Shown here one piece after another: positions 22,996 through 34,307 of a stretch of DNA of 64,000 nt. The stretch is from contig CBFDEM010000004.1 of NCBI GenBank assembly GCA_965603825.1, positions 620,001-684,000 of the forward strand, given 5' to 3'. A program made the position numbers and the translations under genes. The notes below the pieces were generated by a model that did not search any database, had not been told where the DNA came from, and saw only the letters and a list, made by a program, of their open reading frames with translations. Positions within the stretch are counted from its first letter, which is position 1. Every line of letters starts with the position of its first letter. This DNA is from Blepharisma stoltei ATCC 30299. Its lineage: Eukaryota > Protista > Ciliophora.

Positions 22996-24345
22996 ATGGA
23001 TCAAACCTCACTAACCAGGCTATTGCAACTAAAAACTGAATATAGTTTTGAAGAGATATCTAAAAAACCTATTTTTCGTATTTTTTCTACCAGAAATGAG
23101 CCTTATTTATACCAATCCATGTCAAGAAGTGAATCACTTTCTTTTATTGACAACACAAAAATTCTAGAATTGATTGGTACTGGTTATGGACAAAAAGTCG
23201 GGTTTAATGATAACAGCAAAACCTGGTTTGTTGAGCTTTGGATCAATAAAATTGTAGTTAAAATCTGGAAAAGCCCTGATCGTGAATGAGGAGAATTGAT
23301 ACAGCCAGTAGATAATGGATCAACGACTGAAAGATGGAATTATTTACCATATGAGCAGGAATATGAAATGTTTCATTTGAGTCCTGAAAATGATTATGGA
23401 TTTAAGTGTGGGAAAAATAATGACTGTGAATGAAAAGAAATATGGCATACCAGGCCAACAAGTAAATTTTTAGAAAAATATTGGATTTCTCCAAATAGTA
23501 AATGGGGAGAAAAAGAAGGAAAAGAAGATGACAGGACTTGGGGTGAGAAATGGTACGAAAACTATGACTCCAGAGAATCTTCATCCTGGAATGAGCAAAA
23601 TGAAAGAAAATGGGGCAGAGTGGAAGGAAAGCAAGGAAACACTACCTGAAATGAAGAGTGGTCTATTGAACCTGAAAGAAAATTCAATAACAAATGATGG
23701 GCAGATGGAATAAAAAAATGGGGTATAAAATCAATAATAGAAGGAATATCAGAAACTCATGAAGAATGGGAAGAAATAGGGACTTCTAGGAAGTTTAAGA
23801 TTACAAAAGATGATGGATTTGGACATAAATCAATAATTACCGAGGGATATGGAGATGAGTATAAGTTTAAAGATGAATTCACAGAAGATGTTAGCACTGG
23901 TGAAATGATGACACAAAAGCAAGGGTATAGCAACAAAAGAACATGAAGCAGCATAATAAAACAGTCTCGGGGGAAGTTTTATGTTCATCATATAGGCCAA
24001 GACGCGAACTCTTCTTGGGAAGAAACCTGAAATGAAGAACCAGGATTCAAATGGGCCAGGAAAAAAGGAAGTAGTCCAGAATGAGGATCATGAGAAGAAT
24101 ACTGAAAAGAAACCTCAGACACCAAAGAATGCAAGAAATGGGGCAAAAATGGTGAAGAATGATTTGAAGAGTGAAAAGAAGACTCAACCAACAAATATTG
24201 CAGAAAAGAACAAAGAAAGCATGGCAAAATTTATATCCAAGAATGAAAAGAAATCTATAAAGATGAAAAAATGATCACAAAGGGCTGCTTCCTTGAAGAT
24301 GGAATTCCAGTAAAAGAGTGGGACGACATCGTTATCCTTTCATAA
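22996..24345 (+). CDS. Tryptophan-rich repeat protein (449 aa), ESV1/LESV-like
   Basis: Continuous frame ATG22996-TAA24345 with 12 TGA and 19 TGG codons. Periodic WxExW and KWG motifs, in which TGA and TGG alternate at equivalent positions. Confidence 0.85.
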
Positions 24346-24408
24346 TTTTAAATTCCTCTAAACCAATAAGGCTTAAGGAGGCTAAGCTATTTTTATTATA
24401 AAAATTAT

Positions 24409-25221
24409 ATGAATGGAAAATTTGAGATGAATTTAGGAAAATCCCAAAAGAAGTATGGGCTAATAAAAACAAAAAATGTGTTTAAAGTTGAAGAAAACGA
24501 TGAAGAAGATGCAATAAAGGCAGCAAATTTAGATATTGTTAAAGAAAGTCTTATGAGACAGCAAAAATCTGATGAAGCTTTATATAGGGCTTTGGCTGAA
24601 GATCCAACGATAATTTCATATGATAAGTTTTACGAGAGTTTTAAAGACAAGCCAGAGCAAAAAGATGTAGAAAAAAAGCCTAAATATTTAGATGCTATTA
24701 AGGCAGCTAATGAATTCAGAAAAAAAGAAAAAAATTTGATAAAAGAAAGAGTTGAAGCTAAAAAAAGAGAAAAAGAAGCCAAAGAACTAGGCGAAACTGA
24801 GACTTTTATTACTCCAAGCTACATAAAGTTTTTGCAGGAAAATAATCAATGGGCAGCAGATCTTGAGAAAAAAGATGAGAGATCAGAAATGCATAGCGTC
24901 AGCAATTCAAATGGAGATATCCGCAACTTTTATGCAAATTTACTTACTAAAAATTCTGCAATGGGGAATAAAAGTGAGCCAGAGCCCCGAAAAATACAAA
25001 AAATTGAAGAAGTTGAGAAAAGCTCGAGTGAGTCAGAAGAGGTTGAAATGCCTGAAGAACCTCCTAAAGCAGCAGAAGAGGATACAGAAAATAATATCAA
25101 TCAAGAATCAACTCCAGAGCCTCTACCAGAGAAAAAAGGTGAAAAAGATATACAGTCTGCACGAGAGCGGTTCCTTCTACGAAAAGCCCAATCTAATAAT
25201 AGCTCTAATATGCTAAAATAA
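24409..25221 (+). CDS. Nuclear speckle splicing regulator NSRP1/CCDC55-like (DUF2040)
   Basis: KKYGL, ALAEDPTIISYDKFY, KPKYLDAI, ETFITPSYIK, SARERFLLRK. Confidence 0.85.
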   Translation: MNGKFEMNLGKSQKKYGLIKTKNVFKVEENDEEDAIKAANLDIVKESLMRQQKSDEALYRALAEDPTIISYDKFYESFKDKPEQKDVEKKPKYLDAIKAANEFRKKEKNLIKERVEAKKREKEAKELGETETFITPSYIKFLQENNQWAADLEKKDERSEMHSVSNSNGDIRNFYANLLTKNSAMGNKSEPEPRKIQKIEEVEKSSSESEEVEMPEEPPKAAEEDTENNINQESTPEPLPEKKGEKDIQSARERFLLRKAQSNNSSNMLK

Positions 25222-25222
25222 A

Positions 25223-25765
25223 ATGGAAATCACTCCAGAATATGTAGTTCAGCTGACTGAAGCAACCCCGAATTTTTTGTGCCCACTTTCAGCTAATACA
25301 TACGGCATTGAGTTTGTTTATTTTAAAGTGAGGGACTTGGAGTCAGGCATGGTCCTTTTTGAAGTCCAAAGCGAAGGAGAAACTGCATCAACTGAGCCAG
25401 CAATCGATGATGACCAAGTAAGGACTGTAAAATATCATCTTGGACCTGATTTCTTGAAGCTGAGAGCACTTGGAAGTACTATTGAATTTACAGTGGGTCC
25501 TAAAGAAGTGAGGAACTTCCGAATGATAGAAAGGCATTATTTCAGAAATACACTTCTTAAAAACTTTGATTTTACTTTAGATTTTTGCATCCCAAATACA
25601 AGGAACTCTTGGGAAGTTATTTATGAAATTCCAGAACTGCCAGAAGACTTGCTCCAGCAAATGATTGATAACCCTTGGGAAACTAAATCAGATAGCTTTT
25701 ACTTTGTGCAAGACCAACTTATTATGCACAACAAGGCAGAATATAATTACTCCCCATTAATTTAA
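25223..25765 (+). CDS. UNC119: UNC119 myristoyl-cargo carrier
   Basis: FLCPLSANTYGIEF, FRMIERHYF, FCIPNTRNSWE, SDSFYFV..LIMHNKAEY. Confidence 0.95.
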   Translation: MEITPEYVVQLTEATPNFLCPLSANTYGIEFVYFKVRDLESGMVLFEVQSEGETASTEPAIDDDQVRTVKYHLGPDFLKLRALGSTIEFTVGPKEVRNFRMIERHYFRNTLLKNFDFTLDFCIPNTRNSWEVIYEIPELPEDLLQQMIDNPWETKSDSFYFVQDQLIMHNKAEYNYSPLI

Positions 25766-25858
25766 GCAAGCTTTGAATAATAGAATTGTAATAAACAGAT
25801 TGAAAATATTGATATTTAATTGATTTATGCATTAAAGGCAAAATACTGATTTTCGTTA

Positions 25859-26483
25859 TTAAATAAACCATGAGCTTAATAGCGTTTTAAACATCCATGC
25901 AAATGAGATAAAAATTTCTGCTTTTATTGTGTGTACCTCTAAGCACTCCCTAATTGCAATCATGTTGTTTAAGTAAATAAATAGCGCCATAAATGTGCTA
26001 GGAAGAGAAGAATATTTCCTTTATTAAAAATTACCATGTGATTATCATAAAATTCCCAAGTTTCCCAAAGCTTGAAAATAAAATTGCTCTCAGTAAAAAC
26101 ATTTTACTACATTTTATCCCAGAAGAATAAGCAGCTATATAAACTCCAGTAAAAAATAGAATAATTACAGCACAATTTTTTATGATCTGAAGCAGTCAGC
26201 AGGGTAAGCTTTCACAGCTTGCTAATGAAGAATCAAGAATGCTTGAGAAGAAGAGGATCTTCAGAATATCATAAGTCGACGTTGATCAGTCAATATTGAA
26301 AATAATGTGCCTATACACTTGAGATTTGCAAAGAATTAAATTCAGAAACACCAAGGTAAACTCATACTCCACATATTTATCGGCGACTTTTCCACAGGCT
26401 TCGCATTGAAACAGAGCGATATTTCCTTTTACAAGCTCTTCATAAAGCTTAGGGACTTCTTTTCCGCACTCCACACATTTCAT
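25859..26483 (-). CDS. ARV1: ARV1 sterol/GPI homeostasis protein (202 aa, one 16-nt intron)
   Basis: CVECG...CEACGKVADKYVEYE...LILCKSQVYRHIIFN. Reads through two TGA, and continues SSFGKL...TW|KYSS after intron removal. Confidence 0.88.
26019..26034 (-). other. 16-nt spliceosomal intron GTAATTTTTAATAAAG
   Basis: Contains an in-frame TAA. Removal restores a ~50-aa hydrophobic ARV1 C-terminus; GT..AG with A at -6. Confidence 0.85.
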
Positions 26484-27011
26484 TGTGATATTTTTATTTT
26501 CATTTTAATTAGAAAATCTTGGTTGCTTGCAAAAATAATCAATCTTTGCTATTATTTTAGAGATAGAATGCTTATGTCCTTGCGAAAGTAGCTATAATTT
26601 CTTTGGATGCTTTTGATTATAGTAGTAGAAATATAAGAATACATTGTATTTTTGCTACTAGACGCATATTGGATTGCTTGCTTGATTTTTTATCTAATAG
26701 CAGAGAAGAGATTAAAATCTGAAAATAAATAATTGCAAAAAAGTGAAGCAAATGGGTGTCACGCAAATCCATCATTAATGATATTTACTAATAAAGTATC
26801 AAATAGGCCATAATCAACATTTATGAATAGATCGCACTTGCTTTATAGAGCTCAATTTTATTACAAATTACTATGAGTCTCTTTCATTTCAAACTAAATT
26901 TTGTTTAATTCAATAAGTTTCTCTTAATAATAGCTTAATTTCGCTGCTTTAATATAAATATTAACTTAAAATTTTCCATTTTTATTATATTTTTGATAAA
27001 AATAATTGACC

Positions 27012-28835
27012 ATGTCATTAAGCCCTATCTTAACATTAGACGTTGGAGGGAAAGTTTTTCGCGTTGCCAGAGAAACAATCATGAAATTCCCAACTAGCAC
27101 TATATCATTAGTGATCACAGGCAAAGATGTACAGAACATGATCATAGTTGAAGGTGCTTATTTTTTTGATAGAAATCCTGATTATTTTACAATTTTGCTC
27201 GATTTTTTAAGGCATGGCAAGCTGTTTTGGAACCCAAATCTAAATAGAGATCAGCTACTAGAAGAAGCCAAGTTTTGGAGGATCCAACTTCCAAATGATG
27301 TCTTTAAGGGAGAAAATGGTGTTAGAAATGAACAGAAAAATATACCTCCAGCGCAAGAGCCAATAGTAGAGCTTCCAAAACAAGTGATAGTGGAAGAGAG
27401 ATTCGAGCCAACCTTAGTTATGAATGACAGAATTGAACCTACTTTAATGATGCCACAAGACTATGAGCCTACACTGATACTTCACAATGAGCCTGGTCCT
27501 AAGAAATTGGAATATGAGCCTACATTGCTCATGAACACAGAAACAATAGAAAGCACTTTAATTTTTCCTCAAAATATGCCAGAGCCTACGCTTTTAATCC
27601 AAGATCAAATGCCGGAGCCAACCCTAATAATGCAAAACCAATTGCCGGAGCCCACTCTTCTAATGGACAACAACGTTCAGCCTACACTAGTCTTAACAGA
27701 GCCTCCAAAAATATCTAAAGAAAACCCAATCCCCCCATTAAAGACCTCAGCTTCTATAAAATCTGGGAGTTCTTCTTCACTCCCTACAGCATCATTGCCA
27801 ATAAGCAACTCAGACGACATTTTATCGTCTTTAATGAATGAAGAAGAAGAAAAAAAAGTCCCAGCCAGAGCTCTCCCATGGGGAAATAATAAAGGCAAAG
27901 CTTCTCAGCCTGCTAAAAAAGCTGCCCCGAAAATTCAAAAAAAATCGAAAGCTGAAATTGAAGAAGAATTATATGGGAGCCATAATCTAGAAGAAGACTA
28001 TGAATCAAGCTTTATTGATGATTCAGATGAGGAAGAAAATTTGGATTTTTCAGATGAAGATGTGGCACCAAAAAAAAGAAAAAGGACACCAGCTAAGAAA
28101 AAGCCAGCTAAAAAAGATTCGGCTGCCAACAAATGCAAAAAAACAAAAATATTGAGCGCTGCTGATCTTTCAAAAGCGATGGAAGAGGAAGAAGAAGAAG
28201 GAACTGGCAGAAAAACCAGACAAACTGTAGCAAAAACGCTACCTTCTATACTGATTTCTGGAATTAATGCACAAGAAAAGAAGAAACTTGAAACGATGGT
28301 GAAAACCTTAGGAGGAAAAATTGTTAATCAGTTCTCAGAAAATCCAACACATCTTGTAATGGAAAAATTCTTGAGAACGCTAAAACTTCTTGAAGCCTTA
28401 AATCGAGGAATAGATATAATTTCTATAGAATGAATAAAAGAGTCAGCTCTGTTAGGAGAATGGGATCAACATGAAAAATATTTATTATGCACTCCTGAAG
28501 TTGAGGCTGAACATAAATTCAATTATAAAGAATCTTTAAGAAGAAGCCAAGAGCAGAAAGTATTAGATGGCTGGGACGTATGGATCAGCCCAAATATTCA
28601 GCCTAGTAAAAACGATATACAAGAGCTTGTTGAATCAGCTGGAGGAAGGGTGCTTAAGAAAGAGCCTGATGCGCCGAGGGGAAATGTTTTAATATTGTCA
28701 TCAGCTGAAAATAAAGATAAAAGGTCAAATCAAATAATGAAGCAGCAAGGATTCAAAATATACACAAAAGAGCTGTTGCTGGAATCGGTACTTAAGCAAG
28801 AACTCGCTTTCAAAGATGAATTCTTAATAAAATAA
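27012..28835 (+). CDS. BTB/POZ + EPTL-repeat + tandem BRCT protein (MDC1/PTIP-like C-terminus), 607 aa
   Basis: LDVGGKVF...FFDRNPDYF..LLDFLR (KCTD-type BTB). THLVM...RTLKLL.AL...SIE[W at TGA28431]IKES and ELVESAGG (BRCT pair). Confidence 0.88.
27405..27695 (+). repeat. About nine [E/Q]-[P/S]-T-L-phi peptide repeats, mostly ~11-aa spacing
   Basis: EPTLV, EPTLM, EPTLI, EPTLL, ESTLI, EPTLL, EPTLI, EPTLL, QPTLV in the translation. Confidence 0.9.
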
Positions 28836-29328
28836 TAATGATTCATCATGGTAATCAAAAGAATTTATTATATTTAGTTTTGAATTAACTTTATGATACA
28901 CAATGATTTATATGAAAAAATGATTTATTTATTAAAATTTAGCTGGTTTTAATTGATTCTCAATGCTTGTTTATAGAATCTATTTTCTGTTGCTAAATTT
29001 GCTGAAAATAATTAAATTGATTTTATTAAATTTTTTCATAAAACTATTGTAATCTTTAAATTAATCTGCTTATAATTAGTATTCAATTATCGATTTGCCA
29101 TATGCATCTGAAACTGTCCTAATAATTTAAAAGAAAGTTTTTCATTTTTTTATTTGCAATTGCAAAGTAACGCTTATTATACTTCCTTACCTATAAAAGT
29201 TAAGTATAGATAAGATTTTTCTGCATAATTTTACAATTGAATTTTAGCTCACTAAATAAATACATTTAAAAACTGTTTCCACCCTATTTATCATCATAAA
29301 CATATTTTAGCAATATAAAAGTTCAGAA

Positions 29329-31527
29329 ATGGTAAGTTTTATGTAGAGCCTTCTCAAAATTCTAAAAGAACGAGAAAGTAAAAAAGTATTTCCAACTGCA
29401 CTTGATACACTTGTGACAAGTACCCCTGACGATTTGGCATCAACTAATAGAAGTCCTCGCGTATTTTTAAAAACTATTTCATCTGAACATAGCATTGATT
29501 ATTCTCTTTCAGCAACCAAAATTTCTAAATATAACGATATTTGAAAACGAGCGAAGAGGAAAATTATTATGAGTATAAGGCTCAAAAAATGTATTAAAGG
29601 GTCTAGTCATAAGCCTGATTTAAATAGATCAGTTTTGGCTTCAAACCAAGACCTTGAGCAATATTTCAAAAAAAAAGCAAATTCAATGATGAGATCAAGC
29701 ATCTATTTTGTCGAAAAATTGCCTTGAGGTATGTCTCATCCTGATAAAGGATTGAGAATTTGGTACGGATTTTTTATTGGGATTTTAATTTTATATAACT
29801 CAATTGTAGATCCTTTTGTGATTTCTTTTATGGAAACATCTGTAGGGGATGGATGATTTGTGGTTGATTTAATTTTTGATGCGTTTTTTGTTATAGATAT
29901 TATATGAATACTTAATACTGCTTATTATGATATTAATGGGGTGCTGGTAACTGACAGAAAGCTGATATTTCGAGAGTATTTGAAATCTTGATTGGTAATT
30001 GACGCGATTGCTTGCATTCCTATAGGGGTTATACTTGGATTTTCTGAAGATAACTATATTGGATATAATAGATTCCTCAGAATCTTAAGATTGAACTCTT
30101 TACAGAACCTTTTTCGAGTTTCCCGTCTAATCGGAGAATTTAAGAGCGATAATCCAAAATCTGTTTTAAGCCGAATGCAGTCTTATTTTAATATTAATCA
30201 TAGCTCAACAAGATTTTTCAGTACAATAACAAGAATATTTGTATGAATTCATGCAATGGCTTGCTTTTGGCATTTAAGTGCAAAATTATCAAATTATCAC
30301 TATGATACATGGGTAGTGAGATGTGGATACAGAGATAGCAGCACTTCAACAGTTTATGCAACTTCACTTTACTGAGCCTTAACGACTTTAACAACAATAG
30401 GATATGGAGATATTTATGCAAAGACAAATACTGAAAAAATACTTGCTATGTTTTGGATGATAATCGCTCTTTATTTTGTTTCTTTTAATATCAGTAGTCT
30501 TTCTTCTATGCTTTCTCAAATCGACATTAAAAAGAATCAAATAGATCAAAAGCTAGCCCTTGTTGATGAATTTTCAAAGGAAACTTCTCTTAATAGAAAA
30601 ATAAAAAGAAAAATGCAGAAAAGTATTCGAATTAAAACTGAACGCTTGGCGTTTAAGGTTGAAGAAATCGAATCTCTAATGGACGAACTGCCTAAACAGC
30701 TTAAATATGAAGTTGCAACACAGATGCATAATGGCGCATTGACTCTTTTTACTCTTTTCCAGAATAAAGACCAAAGATTCATCTATTCAATTTTTCCTTT
30801 TCTCCAGCCATCGTACAGCTCAACTTCAGAAATGGTATATTCAGAAGGAGAACCATCAAACGACATTTTCTTTATAGTAAAAGGCCGAGTAAATTTCATA
30901 TTCGGAGAAGAAAATACAACGTTTACCGTTAAACAGAAAGGCCACTATTTCGGAGATACCGAAATATTCCAAAAAATAAAAAGAATCCATAGCGTTATAG
31001 CAGCATGTGAATGCAGCTTGCTTGTTATGATAAAATCAGTTATTGAGAAGGTAAGAGACGATTTTCCTTCTATCTGACAAGAAATGGAAACTCATGCAAA
31101 GGAAAAAGACCAAAAAACAAAGCATTCAATTGCAGAAATGAAAATACTTATGAAAGCCAACAAAGATGGGAATATTAAAAAAATGACAGCAAAAGAATTT
31201 AAGGCAATGATTGAAAAGGAATTAAAAATTTTCGAAGAAATAAGGGATAAAGATGAGCGTTCTCCTGAAGAAATGAAAAAAAAATTAGAAGAAAGGACAG
31301 ATGCACTTGAGTCTCAAATCAAAAAAAATGTAGAAAATATTTGTCAAATTGAAGAAATAATGAATGAATTATTTGGGACAACATACAAAGAAAATGAAAT
31401 TTTAAGGCTAACGTCACTGCCAGATGCAAAGCCATCAAGCTTGCCAGCGATTTCTAAAAGGATAATTAACGTTCAAGAACTAGCTAGTAATATGAACATT
31501 CCAGATACTTTGCTTACGGGAAAGTAA
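29329..31527 (+). CDS. Voltage-gated K+ channel with cyclic-nucleotide-binding domain (EAG/HCN/CNG superfamily), 727 aa
   Basis: ATG, a 15-nt intron, then one frame through 8 TGA. YLKS[W]LVID, S4 RFLRILRL, LY[W]ALTTLTTIGYGD pore, CNBD IFFIVKGRV...GHYFGD. Confidence 0.93.
29332..29346 (+). other. 15-nt spliceosomal intron GTAAGTTTTATGTAG immediately after the start codon
   Basis: GTAAG..TAG with A at -6; carries an in-frame TAG. Removal joins ATG to the open channel frame. Confidence 0.85.
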
Positions 31528-31566
31528 ATGTATATTTATAAGTAATTAATCACAAATATTTTATAA

Positions 31567-32022
31567 ATGGATTTACAAGAAATATATGAAAAGAGTAAAG
31601 CTCAAGGAAATTCATTTTCTCAAAGACTTTTATCTCGCTTTAGACGATCTAGATACGCCTATTGGTCAGTTCTTACTGGCAAAAATCCTGTCATCGGAAC
31701 ATCAACCCATGAATACAAAAAATTGAAGGCATTTCTAATATATGTTGGAGGATTTTCTCCACTGGTATTTAAATCGCTTTTTATTCAAAAAGCAGTCGAG
31801 CTCACCAGAAGTAACAAAAAGTTAATCATAATTCCTACTTTAATTGCAATGTACTCAATCGCAATACCATCAGGTGCTCTAATAATGTATTTTTTGATCC
31901 AGGCATGAAGCGGGCTTAGAAGCATGTATTTCGCCAGCTATTTAGGCACTCTAGCTTTTATAATTGACGATCCAAATCACAGAATTTACAAAGAATCTAA
32001 AATAATGAGAAATGCCTTATAA
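31567..32022 (+). CDS. Uncharacterised membrane protein (151 aa)
   Basis: ORF extends through TGA31906 to TAA32020; hydrophobic segments. Confidence 0.7.
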
Positions 32023-32124
32023 GCATAATTACAAATATTTTAAATAATGCTTGCAATAAGATCTTTATTTCATTACTTCTAAGTCCATGCTTAATCTTCT
32101 CCTCTTACGTTTTCTATATGAAAA

Positions 32125-32910
32125 TTACTCTTCAAAAATTCTAACTCTGTCGCAAGGCGCTGGGAAAAGAAGGGCAATCAAAGGCGATCTTGCTGTTAAC
32201 GCTCTATAAGGAGAGAGTTTTACATACCCAGGCCTCATATCGCATGAGCTGCTTTTTTCTTTTTTTAGTCTTTCTCTTGTAACTTTATTGCGGTATTCAA
32301 TATGTCTTATAATGGTTTCTTGGTCTTTACTTTTGCACACATTTAATTTAGGAAAACGCTTGAATCTGTCTTCTTGCTGATGCTTTCTTTTAGAAATATT
32401 AAAAGCGGTTGACCTGAATAATCTATTTAATTCTTCTTCAAGAATTCTTATCTCATTTTTGCTATAAGCAGGCTTGAGGACTCTTACTACAAAATATATC
32501 AAAGTTTCAAAAAAATTTTGTTCACTTTGGTAATTTTGTCTGAAATTTCATTGGTTGAGGATTAATTTCCCATAGCTTTGAGCTACTTCTTGTGCAGCTG
32601 ATTCAAGCAAAAATCCATCATTTCTCGTATAACTGAATTTTTTGGAAAGTTTTCCTTTGCTTTCAGATTTTTGTTGCTCAATCCTATTTTCAATAGAAAA
32701 TAAAGCTGCTGAGTAATTGTAAGTGCAAGCGATAAATCCGAGCATTTCTTTGGAGTTATAGCATTCTAAAAATTTGTCAGGAATGATAAGTTCTGGATTT
32801 TCATCTTTTGCCTTGATCATTTCTTGGATTACGTCTTCAATGGAGGCTCTTAAATCAAAATCTGGCTTTGAAACTGTGCTTTCAATCATCTTCTTTGTTT
32901 CTACCATCAT
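32125..32910 (-). CDS. PPP1R36-like protein (261 aa)
   Basis: ORFs joined via TGA32548. AQSYGKLIL...FFETLIYFV...LEEELNRLFRSTAFN resembles the PPP1R36 family motif as recalled. Confidence 0.6.
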
Positions 32911-33201
32911 TTTAGCGAGTTTTTTATATTAATTTTTGGAAAACATCAATTTCAAAATTTTAATTAAATTTATTTGCTTTTTACAAATAAAAATCTCAAT
33001 TTCAACAGCTGATGCATAAATTCTCAGTTATCAAAAATCTGATAAACTTAGAAAGAGCTTAATGGGAAAATGATTTTCAAATTCATAATGAATTTTCAAT
33101 TAAAACGTAAGCATTTTTAAACCTATCCACAGAATCAATAAAATATTCTATTTTGTCGTTAAGAAATGATGAAGACTATAGATTGAAAGAATTGTTTAGC
33201 T

Positions 33202-33540
33202 TTACCATTCATCACCTCCGAACAGATCCATAGCTCCTTCAATATCCTCTTCTTTCTCTTCTTTTTCTTCTTCCTTCTTAGTGTCCTCTTTAGGTTTAGC
33301 GGCTTCTGTGGTAGATGCAGTTGTTGCTGCTGCACCAGATAGAGAAACAGAGCCAAGTTTAGATGTGCCTTGAGCCACAACTTCTTCTAGAGATTTGTCC
33401 TTAAGGTCTTCGATTAATTTTTCAGCTCTACTTTTGTCGAAATCTCCGCCAGCTGCTTCTATGATTGCTTGAAGTTTTTCAACTGTTGGGTGTGTGGTTC
33501 CACTTAGCCAAGCAAGAGCGTAAGCTGCCAAATATTTCAT
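33202..33540 (-). CDS. RPLP2: 60S acidic ribosomal protein P2
   Basis: MKYLAAYAL, Ala-rich hinge, acidic tail ending MDLFGGDEW. Confidence 0.95.
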   Translation of the reverse strand: MKYLAAYALAWLSGTTHPTVEKLQAIIEAAGGDFDKSRAEKLIEDLKDKSLEEVVAQGTSKLGSVSLSGAAATTASTTEAAKPKEDTKKEEEKEEKEEDIEGAMDLFGGDEW

Positions 33541-33715
33541 TATCAAATTTATGCCATTAATGCCTTAATATTTTCCTTATATTTAGATAATCCTGATTTA
33601 TGCTGTAATTAGTTAATAATTCTTCTAAGACCTATGTCTTTCTTATAATAAATAGAAATCAGCAATTTTTGGATTTAGAAAAACTATCACTTAAATTTAG
33701 TTAAGAAGATTTCTA

Positions 33716-34261
33716 TTAATCATTTTTTCTGCATGATCTTGCTCTAGGAATAAAGTTCAAATAGTGAGAAAATTGGTCACTTAATGGGCAATTTGATGTG
33801 CAACACATTTCTTTCAAGTCAATTCCAGCGAACTTTTTGGCTGCTTTAATAGCTGAGCATGCATTAATCAGAATCCAAGACAAGCAAAATAAGTTTGTTG
33901 GAATTATGGTAAGCACTAAAAGTCCGGCAATAAGTCCATATATCTTTTTGCCTTGAGTTTGCTTTCTAATATGACCTAATGCTTTGTTGACTGCTTCATA
34001 GCTGATTTCCAATGCTTTTTCAAGGCATTCTTTATTGCAGCAGTCTTTGCAGCACTCGTCTTCTCCGGCAATTGTCCTGTAAGCATGGAAGCCAATAATG
34101 CTAAAAATCAATGCATATAAGGACAATTGTAGAAAAGAAACATCGTAAAGCCAAATTGTGAAGAAGAAAATATTCGCAGCAGCTAGAAAAGCACCTGATT
34201 TAATTGGGTTTTCCCACCCAAAGCATTCTTTACAGCATCCACTGCACTCTCCGCACTCCAT
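33716..34261 (-). CDS. Reticulon-like ER-shaping protein, Cys-rich
   Basis: WENPIKSG followed by two long hydrophobic hairpins; ends IPRA..KND. Confidence 0.7.
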   Translation of the reverse strand: MECGECSGCCKECFGWENPIKSGAFLAAANIFFFTIWLYDVSFLQLSLYALIFSIIGFHAYRTIAGEDECCKDCCNKECLEKALEISYEAVNKALGHIRKQTQGKKIYGLIAGLLVLTIIPTNLFCLSWILINACSAIKAAKKFAGIDLKEMCCTSNCPLSDQFSHYLNFIPRARSCRKND

Positions 34262-34307
34262 AATTATTATAAATGCCCTTTTCTAATCTAAATAATCTTA
34301 ATATTGA

